In this document: positions 51,056-62,500 of the stretch, one piece after another | Position numbering within the stretch: the stretch's first letter is position 1 | Layout: each line of letters starts with the position of its first letter | From: Polyangiales bacterium | GTDB taxonomy: Bacteria > Myxococcota_A > Polyangia > Polyangiales > Ga0077539 | Assembly: GCA_044229975.1 (NCBI GenBank) | Contig: JBGARZ010000014.1 | Coordinates: 1 to 64,000 of the forward strand | DNA length: 64,000 nucleotides | Direction of reading: 5' to 3' | Notes under the pieces: generated by a model | The model's database searches: none | What the model was told of the DNA's origin: nothing | The model's input: the letters and a program-made list of their open reading frames with translations, nothing else | Position numbers and translations under genes: made by a program

Positions 51056-51817
51056 CTACGCCTTCGTCCCGTGTCGGCCCGCGCCCGCGGCGAAGCGCGC
51101 CGCTCCCTCGATGCCGCCCTGCGTGAGCGCGTCGGTGCCGTCGAGAAACTCTGCCGCGAGGGCCTCGGCGGGCGTGAACTCATAGGCCCGGTAGACCCCG
51201 CGGCGGTCGGCCATCGCGCAGGCCCAGGGGTGCGCTGCGATCTCCGCTGCGAGCGCCTCGGCGGCGGCTCGCGCCTCGCCCCGCGGGACCACGCGGTTGA
51301 CGAGCCCCATGGCGAGCGCCTCGTCGGCGCGGACGGCGCGTCCGGTAAGCACGAGGTCGAGCGCGCGGCCGAGGCCAACGACGAGCGGGAGGCGGGCGGT
51401 TCCGCCGTCGATGAGGGGGACGCCCCAGCGGCGGCAGAAGACGCCGAGCACCGCGTCGGACTCCATCACGCGGAGGTCGCACCACAGGGCGATCTCGAGG
51501 CCGCCCGCGACGGCGTGGCCCGCGATGGCGGCGACGACGGGTTTGCTCATCACCAGGCGCGACGGGCCCATCGGGCCGTCGCCGTCGGGGTCGAGGCGGT
51601 TGGCTTCGCCGGTCGCGATGGCCTTGAGGTCGGCGCCGGCGCAGAAGGTTCCGCCGTCGCCGAAGAGGACGGCGACGCGGGCGGATTCGTCGGCCTCGAA
51701 GGCGCGGAAGGCATCGGCGAGCGCGTCGGCGGTGGCACGGTCGACGGCGTTGCGGACGTCGGGGCGGTGCAGGACGACCGTGGTGACGGGACCGCTGCGC
51801 TCGACGTGGACGCTCAT
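51056..51817 (-). CDS. Crotonase/enoyl-CoA hydratase family protein
   Basis: RNAVD, FCAGADLK, GHAVAGGLEIALWCDLR, GVFCRRWGVPLIDGGT. Confidence 0.92.
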   Translation of the reverse strand: MSVHVERSGPVTTVVLHRPDVRNAVDRATADALADAFRAFEADESARVAVLFGDGGTFCAGADLKAIATGEANRLDPDGDGPMGPSRLVMSKPVVAAIAGHAVAGGLEIALWCDLRVMESDAVLGVFCRRWGVPLIDGGTARLPLVVGLGRALDLVLTGRAVRADEALAMGLVNRVVPRGEARAAAEALAAEIAAHPWACAMADRRGVYRAYEFTPAEALAAEFLDGTDALTQGGIEGAARFAAGAGRHGTKA

Positions 51818-51935
51818 GAGACCTCGTGTAACCGAGCGGGTGAACGACCACAACCGGGCGGCGGTCACGCTGCAAAGTGAGTTGTGGCGCGGTCTTGCTT
51901 GACCCCACGGCGCGACCCCACCACAAGGGCGCGCC

Positions 51936-53153
51936 ATGATCTGGCCTGCGTGGACCCGCGCCGAAGAGAAGGCGAACCGCGTCGCGCTCGAAGAAGCTCG
52001 CAAGGAAGCCGACCCGATCGCCGACGCCGTCATCGAGGACATCTTCCGGAGCGGCCGCGTCGAGGCCGTCAACGCGCTGCTCGACACGCTCGTTCGCAGC
52101 GACGACCCGCCGTCGCTCTCGCTCCCGCCCGCGGCGCAGCAGTACTTCATCGACACCGCGGCGCTCCCTGTGTGGGCCCGGCCCGAGCTCGTCGTCGCGG
52201 GCGAGGGGATCTTCATGCGCCACGGCCTGCTCGCGCTGGCCTCGCTGCTCTGCGCGTCGCTGCCCGAGTGCTACGCGATGCGCAACGGGGTGCAGGTGCT
52301 CAGCCTCTCGCGGCAGCTCGTCGAGCACACCGAGCGACGCGTCTACGAGACCGCCCAGATGATCATCGACGTCCTGTCGCGCGGCGGGCTCGAACCCAAC
52401 GGAAGGGGGTTGCGGTCGGCGCAGAAGGTGCGGCTGCTGCACGCCTCGATGCGTTACCTGCTGGAGGTTGATCCCGATGGCGTGAGCGACGACCTGCGGC
52501 AGGCCCGCACCCTCGGCGGCGCCTTGATGCGCAAGCCGTGGAACCCGAAGTGGGGTCGCCCCATCTGCCAGGAGGACATGGCGTTTACGCTACAGACCTT
52601 CTCCACGGTGATCTTGCGGTCGTGGAAGAAGCTTGGTGTCGTGCTCACCCGCTACGAGGAGGAGGCCTACTACCACTGCTGGCGGGTGCTCGGTCACCTC
52701 ATCGGGGTGCGCGAGTCGCTCAACCCGCAGACCATCGAAGGCGGCTACGCGCTCTACGAAGACATCCGCGCGCACCAGCAGGGTGAGACCCCCGAAGGGA
52801 ACGCGATGACCAGCGCGCTCGCGAAGGCGGTGGCGGAGACCATCCGGATGCAGTGGGCGGGCGGGGAGGAGGCGGTCGCCGTGCTGATGCGCCACCTGCT
52901 GGGCGACGCCACCGCGCGCATGGTCGGGGTGGGTGAGGTGTCCACCGTTCAGGTGATGACCATGGAGGCCATCGCGTCGGGGCTGCACCTCGCGCTGACG
53001 GTGCATGGCGGCATCGGCAGTGAGTTCATCGCGGTGCACCGCGTGACGGAGTGGTTCGGGCAGAAGCTGCTGGAGCGCATCGCGCGCATCGACCGCGGCG
53101 CGGGTCGGCTCTTCCACCTGCCGGAGTCCCTCCGCGCGGCCTGGGCGCGGTGA
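51936..53153 (+). CDS. MpaB/DUF2236 (latex-clearing-protein-like) oxygenase family
   Basis: SLPECY, RRVYETAQM, KVRLLHASMR, WG.PICQEDMAFTL.F, WRVLGHLIGV. Confidence 0.8.
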   Translation: MIWPAWTRAEEKANRVALEEARKEADPIADAVIEDIFRSGRVEAVNALLDTLVRSDDPPSLSLPPAAQQYFIDTAALPVWARPELVVAGEGIFMRHGLLALASLLCASLPECYAMRNGVQVLSLSRQLVEHTERRVYETAQMIIDVLSRGGLEPNGRGLRSAQKVRLLHASMRYLLEVDPDGVSDDLRQARTLGGALMRKPWNPKWGRPICQEDMAFTLQTFSTVILRSWKKLGVVLTRYEEEAYYHCWRVLGHLIGVRESLNPQTIEGGYALYEDIRAHQQGETPEGNAMTSALAKAVAETIRMQWAGGEEAVAVLMRHLLGDATARMVGVGEVSTVQVMTMEAIASGLHLALTVHGGIGSEFIAVHRVTEWFGQKLLERIARIDRGAGRLFHLPESLRAAWAR

Positions 53154-53263
53154 CGTCGCGCGGCTTGTCGGCTCTCGAACCTGCGTGAGAGTATCCGCGT
53201 CCCCGGCGGGCGACCCACCAGGCGCCAAGGCCCACACGGGACACTGGAAGGAACAGAGCACGG

Positions 53264-54757
53264 ATGAAGATCACGTTGGGACTGTCGGGCGCGGGCGTCG
53301 AGGTCGACCTGCTCGCGGTGCTCGTCGCCGAGGACGACCTACCCGGGGACGCGCTCGTCAGCGAGCTCGACGAGGCGCTCGGCGGCACGCTGCGCACGGC
53401 GATGAAGGACGACGAGTTCACCGGCAAGCGCGACTCCACGCTCGCGGTGATGACCTACGGAAAGATCGCCGCCCGCAAGGTGCTGCTGATCGGCCTCGGA
53501 CCGCTGGCGAAGGTGACCAGCGTCGAGCTGCGCGCGGCGTCGGCGCGGGCCGCGAAGGTGGCCAACGCCGACAAGGCGACGAAGCTGCACCTCGGGCTGC
53601 GCGGCAAGGGTGAGGCGGCCGACCTGCGGGCCGCAGCCGAGGGCGTCGCGCTCGGCGCGTACCGCTTCACGAAGTACCTCACGGGCGACCGGCGGCCGAA
53701 GAAGGATCTGGAGGCGGTGACGCTCGGGTTGCGCGGGGTGAAGTCCGCCAAGGCGACGGCCGAGCAGAAGCACGCCATCGGGCAGGGCGAGGCGGTGGCC
53801 TCCTCGATCAACCTGGCGCGCAGCCTCGTCAACGAGCCGCCCAACGAGCTCACGCCCGCGGCGCTCGCCGACGCCGCGGTGGAGGTGGGCAAGACCCACG
53901 GCCTCAAGGTGACGGTGTGGGACCGTACGAAGATCCGCTCCGAGGGCATGAAGCTGCTGGAGGCGGTGGGCCGCGGGTCGCGCAACGAGCCGCGCTTCAT
54001 CCACATCACGTACAAGCCCGAGAAGGCGCGCAAGGGCCGTCCGCGCATCGCCCTCGTCGGCAAGGGTCTCACCTTCGACTCCGGGGGTCTGTGCATCAAG
54101 CCGGCCCCGGGCATGGGCGACATGAAGTCCGACATGGGCGGCGCCGCGCTCGCCATCGGCGCGATGGCCGCCATCGGCGCGCTCAAGCCCGACGTCGAGG
54201 TGCACGCGCTCATCGCGGCCGCCGAGAACATGCCCGACGGCGACGCGTACCGCCCCGGCGACGTGTTCGGCTCGCTCGACGGCAAGACGGTGGAGATCAT
54301 CAACACCGACGCCGAGGGGCGCCTCGTGCTGGCCGACGCGCTGGCCTACGCCCGCAAGCTGGAGCCCGACCTGATCGTCGACCACGCGACCCTGACGGGC
54401 GCGTGCCTCGTGGCGCTCGGCACGGCGACGGCGGGCTTCTACTGCAACGACGAGGACATCTCGGCGAAGTACCTCGCCAGCGCGAAGACCGCGGGCGAAG
54501 CGATGTGGCGCATGCCGCTCATCGAAGAACTCCGCGAGGGTCTGAAGAGCGACGTCGCCGACCTGAAGCACACCGGCGACCGCTACGGCGGCTCCATCAT
54601 CGGGGCGCTCTTCCTGCGGGAGTTCATCGGCGACCGGAAGTGGATCCACCTCGACATCGCGGGCCCGGCCTACCTCGATCGGGTCACCGCGCTCGGCCCG
54701 AAGGGCGGCACCGGCTACGGCATCCTCGCCTTCCTCCAGTACATCGACTCGCTCTGA
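53264..54757 (+). CDS. pepA: Leucyl aminopeptidase (M17)
   Basis: VGKGLTFDSGG, MKSDMGG, ENMP, NTDAEGRLVLAD, ATLTGA, WIHLDIAG. Confidence 0.95.
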   Translation: MKITLGLSGAGVEVDLLAVLVAEDDLPGDALVSELDEALGGTLRTAMKDDEFTGKRDSTLAVMTYGKIAARKVLLIGLGPLAKVTSVELRAASARAAKVANADKATKLHLGLRGKGEAADLRAAAEGVALGAYRFTKYLTGDRRPKKDLEAVTLGLRGVKSAKATAEQKHAIGQGEAVASSINLARSLVNEPPNELTPAALADAAVEVGKTHGLKVTVWDRTKIRSEGMKLLEAVGRGSRNEPRFIHITYKPEKARKGRPRIALVGKGLTFDSGGLCIKPAPGMGDMKSDMGGAALAIGAMAAIGALKPDVEVHALIAAAENMPDGDAYRPGDVFGSLDGKTVEIINTDAEGRLVLADALAYARKLEPDLIVDHATLTGACLVALGTATAGFYCNDEDISAKYLASAKTAGEAMWRMPLIEELREGLKSDVADLKHTGDRYGGSIIGALFLREFIGDRKWIHLDIAGPAYLDRVTALGPKGGTGYGILAFLQYIDSL

Positions 54758-54758
54758 G

Positions 54759-55244
54759 TCAGGCGCCCACCCACTGGGGTAGAGACCGCACGGCCTGCAC
54801 GGCGGCGGTCTCTGCCTTCGCGTGGCGCTTGGGGTCGTGCGCGGCCCCGAAGCGCCAGCGCACCTCGCTGCCATCGCGCAACTTCATCGACAGATAGCGA
54901 ACGTTCCGCTCGGTGACGCACGAGCACGAGACCACCTTCGTGTCGGGCTTGCGGAGCTTCGTGGCCGCCGGGTCGGCGCCGAAGATGCTCGCGACGAAGA
55001 GCGCGCCCAGCACCAGCAGCACGGCGCCCACCGCGAGCGGGAGCGTCTCCGCCGATCGGAGGTGCGCGTGGCTGATGGATGAGGCCCGATGCAACACGTT
55101 GTAGAGGGTGTACCCGACGAGCGAACCGCCGCCCGCGACGCCGATGGCGCCCCACACCCGGAGCAGCTTGTGACGCGTCGAGGCGTCTTCGAGCGCGAGC
55201 GAACGAAGCGGTTCAGGGAGGAAGTCGTAGGTCTCTTTGGCCAT
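54759..55244 (-). CDS. Hypothetical two-TM membrane protein
   Basis: Two hydrophobic segments; plausible ATG at 55244. Confidence 0.6.
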   Translation of the reverse strand: MAKETYDFLPEPLRSLALEDASTRHKLLRVWGAIGVAGGGSLVGYTLYNVLHRASSISHAHLRSAETLPLAVGAVLLVLGALFVASIFGADPAATKLRKPDTKVVSCSCVTERNVRYLSMKLRDGSEVRWRFGAAHDPKRHAKAETAAVQAVRSLPQWVGA

Positions 55245-55316
55245 GTTCGGGCGCGAGCATGGACACGCCGTCGGGGGGTGTCCAACGCGTCCTTCGTCCG
55301 CCAGTCTCGGATGGCT

Positions 55317-55519
55317 GTGCGCGGCGGAAGTTGGGCCGCGAGGGTCGCAAGGGGGAGAAGTTGGGATTGGGGCTTTGGCGGCGACGCGATCGAATCGCGC
55401 ACCCCGCGTCAGGTGCCCTCGTTCGCCCACATCACCGAACCCTCAAGGCTCCTTCTCCCTGTGAAAACTCTTCTTCCTTGCGACCCCTGCGCCCTTGCGG
55501 CCTATCTTCCGCCGCGCAC
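55317..55519. repeat. Imperfect long inverted repeat element (REP/MITE-like)
   Basis: gtgcgcggcggaag..ggccgc.aggg..tcgcaagg (55317-55360) pairs with 55470-55519; the outer 14 bp are perfect. Confidence 0.7.
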
Positions 55520-55540
55520 CGCCGCTCGCACGTTCCGACG

Positions 55541-56338
55541 TCACCCCGCCGGCTGCTCCCTCGCTCCGTCACCGCGCAGCGCGGTGAGCACCGCGTCGAC
55601 GGTCCCGCGGAGGCCCAGCGCCGACGTGTCCACCGTCGCCCGCGCCTGTGCGTACAGCGGTGTTCGTGATCGCAGCAGCGCCTGCAGCTCCGAGCGCGCG
55701 TTGGCCCGGTGCGCCATCGGTCGCGCGTCGCCCTGCGCCACCACGCGGTCCCAGTGGTCGTCGGCGCTGGCCTTCAGCCACACCGTAAACGCCCTCGATC
55801 GCAACAGCGCGTAGGTCTCCTCGTCAGTCACGAGGCTCCCGCCCGTCGCCACCACCACCGTCGCGTGCTCGGCCAGCACCCGCCGCAACACCTCGCGCTC
55901 CAGCCGCCGGTAGTAGGCCATCCCGTGGATCTCGAAGAGCGTCCCCAGGCGCATCCCTGCCGCCGCCTCGATGCTGGCGTCGAGCTCGACGAAGGGCGCC
56001 TTCAGGCGCTTCGCCAGCCGTGGTCCGATGGTGCTCTTGCCCGCGCCGCGCAGACCGAGCAGCGCCACCGCTCCCACCGCCGCGCCGTCGCCGTCGCTCG
56101 GCGTCTCGCGCTCGGTCTCGGCCTGCGTGAGCAACGCGCCCGCCGTGGTCTCCAGCGCCTCGGAGAGCGCGTCGAGGCGCGCGACGGAGATGTTGCCGGT
56201 GCCGCCCTCGACCTGCGCCACGAAGCGCTCGCTCACGCCCGATCGACCCGCCAGCGCCCGTACCGTCATCGCCCGGCCCTGACGCCGCGCCCTCACCACC
56301 CGACCCAGCGCCTCCAGCAACGGCCGTCGCTCGCTCAT
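55541..56338 (-). CDS. boxR: BzdR/BoxR-family regulator (XRE HTH + shikimate-kinase-like benzoyl-CoA sensor)
   Basis: SGVSERFVAQVEGGTGNISV HTH; ALLGLRGAGKST, YYRRLE, ATGGS, TVWLKA; divergent from boxCB. Confidence 0.85.
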   Translation of the reverse strand: MSERRPLLEALGRVVRARRQGRAMTVRALAGRSGVSERFVAQVEGGTGNISVARLDALSEALETTAGALLTQAETERETPSDGDGAAVGAVALLGLRGAGKSTIGPRLAKRLKAPFVELDASIEAAAGMRLGTLFEIHGMAYYRRLEREVLRRVLAEHATVVVATGGSLVTDEETYALLRSRAFTVWLKASADDHWDRVVAQGDARPMAHRANARSELQALLRSRTPLYAQARATVDTSALGLRGTVDAVLTALRGDGAREQPAG

Positions 56339-56341
56339 GCC

Positions 56342-56385
56342 TGCACTATACTTCTGTGTTTGGCGCCCACCAACCGGAACTATAC
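56342..56385. promoter_or_regulatory. Direct repeat ACTATAC (TGCACTATAC / GGAACTATAC), candidate BoxR operator
   Basis: AT-rich repeats at 56342-56351 and 56376-56385 in the boxR/boxC divergent gap; BzdR-type operators contain TGCA. Confidence 0.45.
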
Positions 56386-56427
56386 CGCTTGCTCGCCCCC
56401 GCTCGCGTCGGGTAGCGTTCGGTCGCC

Positions 56428-58077
56428 ATGGCAGAGCACACCCACGACGAAGCCCCCATCCGCTTTGAGACGCACCCCTCCCGGTACCGCCACTGGAAGC
56501 TCGACTTCCCGGCCCAGTACGGCGCCAACGTGGCGCGCCTCTCGATGGACGTCCCGGAAGACGGCGGGCTGCGGCCCGGCTATCCGCTCAAGCTCAACAG
56601 CTATGATCTCGGGGTCGACATCGAGCTCGCCGACGCCATCCAGCGGGTGCGCTTCGAGCACCCCGAGGTGCGCGCGCTCGTCGTCACCAGCGGCAAAGAC
56701 CGCATCTTCTGCTCCGGCGCCAACATCTACATGCTCGGCAGCTCGACCCACTCGTTCAAGGTGAACTTCTGCAAGTTCACCAACGAGACGCGGCTCTACC
56801 TCGAAGAGCTCTCGGCCGCGTCGGGCATCCCGGTGCTCTGCGCCGTCAACGGCACCGCCTCGGGCGGCGGCTACGAGCTGGCGCTGGCCTGCGACGAGAT
56901 CCTCCTCCAGGACGACGGCTCGACGGCGGTGAGCCTCCCCGAGGCGCCGCTGCTGGCGGTGCTCCCGGGGACGGGCGGGCTCACCCGCGTCACCGACAAG
57001 CGCAAGGTGCGGCGCGACCTGGCAGACGTGTTCTCGACGCTGGCCGAGGGCGTGCGTGGCAAGCGGGCGGTGGAGTGGCGGCTCGTCGACGAGTCGGCGT
57101 CGCGCAGCAAGTTCGACGCGGCGCTCAAGGCCCGCGTGGAGAAGATGGCCGCCCGCTCGACACGCAACGCCTCGGGCCCCGGCCTCGCGCTTCCGCCCGT
57201 CACCGTCACGCGCAACGGCGATGTGACCACCTACCCCAACGTGCTGTTGCAGATCGATCGCAACCGACGCGTGGCCGAGCTCACGCTGCGTGGTCCGTCG
57301 GGCGACCCCGACGCGGCGCTGACGGCCGATCACTGGAGCGTGGCGGCGTGGCGTGAGTTCGACGACGCGCTGCTCGACCTGCGCTTCAACCACCCCAACA
57401 TCGGCGTCATCGTGCTGCACACGGTGGGCGACCCCGAGGCGGTGCGTCGCTTCGATCGTTCGCTCCTCCAACGATCGAAGACCGACTGGCTTTCGCGCGA
57501 GGTGCTGCTGTTGCAGAAGCGGGTGCTCAAGCGCCTCGACCTCATGGCCCGCAGCCTCTTCGCGCTGGTCGAGCCCGGGAGCTGCTTCGCAGGCTCGATG
57601 CTGGAGATCGCCCTCGCCGCCGACCGGGTGTTCATGGCCGACGAGGCCAACACGGCCGTCGGGCTGTCGCCGTCCAACTTCGGTCCGTTTCCCATGAGCA
57701 ACGGGCTCACCCGCTTGGAGTCGCGCTTCCTCTACGACCCGTCGATCGTGACGCGCCTCAAGGACGAGGCCGACCTCCTCGACGCAGCCGATGCGCTGAA
57801 GGCGGGCCTCGTGACCTTCACGCCCGACTCCATGGACTGGGACGACGAGGTGCGCGTGGCCATTGAAGAGCGCACGAGCTTGTCGCCCGACGCCATGACG
57901 GGGCTCGAAGCCAACCTGCGCTTCGCGGGCCCGGAGACCATGGAGACCAAGATCTTCGGTCGCCTCTCCGCCTGGCAGAACTGGATCTTCCAGCGCCCCA
58001 ACGCCGTCGGCGCGACGGGCGCTCTCACCATGTACGGGCAGCCCGAGCGCCCGGTGTTCGACTACCGCCGCACCTAA
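56428..58077 (+). CDS. boxC: 2,3-epoxybenzoyl-CoA dihydrolase
   Basis: YRHWKL, LKLNSYDLGVDIELADA, FCSGANIYML, KVNFCKFTNETR, IFGRLSAWQNWIFQRPNA. Confidence 0.95.
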   Translation: MAEHTHDEAPIRFETHPSRYRHWKLDFPAQYGANVARLSMDVPEDGGLRPGYPLKLNSYDLGVDIELADAIQRVRFEHPEVRALVVTSGKDRIFCSGANIYMLGSSTHSFKVNFCKFTNETRLYLEELSAASGIPVLCAVNGTASGGGYELALACDEILLQDDGSTAVSLPEAPLLAVLPGTGGLTRVTDKRKVRRDLADVFSTLAEGVRGKRAVEWRLVDESASRSKFDAALKARVEKMAARSTRNASGPGLALPPVTVTRNGDVTTYPNVLLQIDRNRRVAELTLRGPSGDPDAALTADHWSVAAWREFDDALLDLRFNHPNIGVIVLHTVGDPEAVRRFDRSLLQRSKTDWLSREVLLLQKRVLKRLDLMARSLFALVEPGSCFAGSMLEIALAADRVFMADEANTAVGLSPSNFGPFPMSNGLTRLESRFLYDPSIVTRLKDEADLLDAADALKAGLVTFTPDSMDWDDEVRVAIEERTSLSPDAMTGLEANLRFAGPETMETKIFGRLSAWQNWIFQRPNAVGATGALTMYGQPERPVFDYRRT

Positions 58078-58097
58078 GACTTCAGGAGCCCACTGCC

Positions 58098-59522
<1,425 letters not shown>

Positions 59523-59542
59523 CCGTGCGATAGTCCGCCGCA

Positions 59543-62500
59543 ATGATGCAGCCCGGCGACACGGTGGGCGGCCGCTTCGCGATCGAGGCGGCCGCGGGTG
59601 GCGGCGGGATGGGGTCGATCTTCCGGGCCGCCGACCTCGCCACGGGCGCGACGGTCGCGCTCAAGGTGCTGCGCAGCGACCTGGGTGACGCCTCGCGCTT
59701 CGAGCGGGAGTCGAAGGTCCTCTCGTCGCTGGAACACCCGGCGGTGGTGCGTTACGTCGCTCACGGGCTGAGGCCCGACGGGTCGCCGTGGCTCGCGATG
59801 GAGTGGCTCGCGGGGGAAGACCTCGCGACGCGCCTCACGCGCAGCCCGCTGACGGCGGTCGAGTCGCTCTCGCTGTGCGCCCGCGCGGCGCAGGGGCTCG
59901 CGGCCGCGCATGCGCTTGGCGTGGTGCACCGCGACGTGAAGCCCGCCAACCTGCTGCTCGTCGACGGCGATCCCCTCAAGGTGAAGGTGCTCGACTTCGG
60001 CATCGCCCGCCGCGTCGACCGCGCGACCCGCGCCGCGACCGGCACCGGGATGCTCCTCGGAACGCCCGGCTACATGGCCCCCGAGCAGGCCCGCGGCGAC
60101 CGTGACATCGACCGGCGCGCTGACCTCTACGCCCTCGGCTGCGTCCTCTACGAGTGCCTCACCGGGGCGCCCGCCTTCCGCGCGGACAACCCCCTGGCGC
60201 TGCTTGCGAGCGTGCTCCTGGCCGACCCGCCACGCCTGCGCGACGCGGTGCCCGATGCTCCAGAGGCGCTCGACGCCCTCGTCACCTCGCTGCTCGCCAA
60301 GGACCCGTCCGAGCGCCCCGACGATGCGACCGAGCTCGCCCTTCGACTCACCGAGCTCGCCCGCGTGGAGGCCGAGTCCGGTCCGCGGCTCGTGGCTCCG
60401 CGGCCGAGCTCGTCGCTCTCGACGGGTGAGCGTCGCGTGCTGTGCGCCGTGCTCGCGGTCGACCCGACCATCTTCGACACGCCCCCGATCGCGCCCGATT
60501 TCGAGGCTGCGCCCACGGCCTCGCTCGGCCCCGACCTCATCGCGCGCGGCCAGTTGGAGGGGCTCCGCGCTCGCTACCTCGGCCCCGAGGCGCGCGTCGA
60601 GTGCCTCGCCGACGGCACCGTGATCTTCGCCTCCCAGGGAGCCACCAGCGCCGAGACCGCTCGCGCCGCCCGCCTCGCGCTGGCGCTGCAAACTGCGCTA
60701 CCCGGCCGCGTCATCGTGCTGGCCGCCGGGCACGGAACGCACGCCTCGCGCAACCCGCTGGGCGCCGTCATCGAGCGGGCGGTGTCCCTCGCACGCCTGC
60801 GTCCCGACGGGGTGGTGCTCGACGAAAACGCCGCCGCGCTGCTGCACGACCGCTGTCGCCTACGGATGACGCCGCAGGGCGCCGTGCTGGTCGACGACCA
60901 CGGCGACGACGCGCGTCCGGTGTTGGGCGTGAGCACGCCGTGTGTGGGCCGCGAGCGCGAGCTGGCGCTATTGGGCGCCACGTTTGCGGAGTGCGCCGCG
61001 GACGAGGTCGCGCGCGCGGTGATCGTGACGGCCGTCGCGGGGGCAGGGAAGTCACGGCTGCGGAGGGAGTTTCTCGCGACGCTGGCGGCGAAGGACGAGC
61101 CGCCGAGGGTGTGGTCGGCGCGGGCCGACGTGCTGGCGGCCGACTCTCCGCTCGCCCCGCTGGGCGCGCTCATCCGCAGCGCCGCGGGCATCGTCGGCTC
61201 GTCGACCCAGGAGGCCGAGCGCGCCGCCCTGGCCGCGCTGGCGGGGCGCTACTGCGCCGACGACGCACGACGGACGACGCTCTTCCTGGCAGAGCTCGCC
61301 GGGCTGGAGCTCGACCCGGAGGGAGACGCCGCGCTCATCGCGGCCCGGCACGACCCGAAGCTGATGTTCGAGCAGACGCGCGGTGCGTTGGTGCGGTTGC
61401 TCACGGGCGCCTGCGCGTCGGGCCCGCTGGTGCTCGTGCTCGACGACGCGCACTGGAGCGACGGGGCGTCGCTGCTGTTTCTCGACCACGCGATGCGCGA
61501 GCTGCGGGAGCGACCGTTGATGGTGATCGCGTTCGCACGGCCGGAGATCATCGAGCGCTTCCCGAAGCTGTGGGCCGAGCACACGGTGCAGGAACTCCGC
61601 CTCTCCCCCCTCACGCGACGCGCCTGCGAGCGCCTCGTGCAGCGGGTGCTGGGCGACGTCGCTCCCGAGAAGATGGCCCGCCTCATCGACCGTGCGGGCG
61701 GCAACGCCTTCTACCTGGAAGAACTCCTCCGCGCCGTCTCGTCGGGCGCCTCCGAGCTGCCCGAGACGGTGCTCGCGGTGGTGCAGGCGCGGCTCTCGTC
61801 GCTCTCGCCCGAAGCCCGGCGGGCGCTGCGGGCGGCGTCGGTCTTCGGCGAGTCGTGCTGGTCGGCCGGGGTCGAGGCGCTGCTCTCGGAGCCCGCCCGA
61901 TCGACGCCGTCGGCCGACCTGCTCGATGAGCTGTGCGCCCGCGAGGTGCTGGCCCGCGCCTCGACGTCGCGCTTCGCGGGGAGCGTCGAGTACCGCTTCC
62001 ACCATGCGCTGGTGCACGCCGCCAGCTACGCGATGCTCACCCCGGAAGATCGCGCATTGGGCCACGGCCTCGCGGCCGAGTGGCTCCTCGGTGTTGGTGA
62101 GGCCGACCCGCTGGTGCTCGCCAACCACTTCGAGGCGGCGGGGCAGCGGGCGCGCGCGGCGACGTACCTCGTGGCCGCGGCCGAGGGCGCCGTCGCGGCG
62201 AACAACTCCGAGGCGGCGCTCGTGCATGCGGGGCGTGCCGAGGGGCTCGCGGGTGATGACCACGCGGTGATCGGCGCCGTCGCGCTGATCCATGTGCAGG
62301 CGGACTTCTACGCGGGCCGCTACGAGTCGTCCGTGCGCCGCGGCCTGGAGCTCATGAGCCGGTCGACCCCGGCCGCGCCCGGGTGGTGCCACGCGGCGAT
62401 GATCGTCGCGGCGTCCATGGGGCGCTCGCGGCAGGTGGAGCGCCTCGACGTGATCGAGGCCGCCCTGGCGGCGGCGGACCCCGCGACGGTGCATCCCGCG

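Noticed and set aside
51885..51899. Sigma54-like TGGCGCGGTCTTGCT upstream of the DUF2236 gene
   Set aside because: GG-to-GC spacing is 9 nt rather than the required 10
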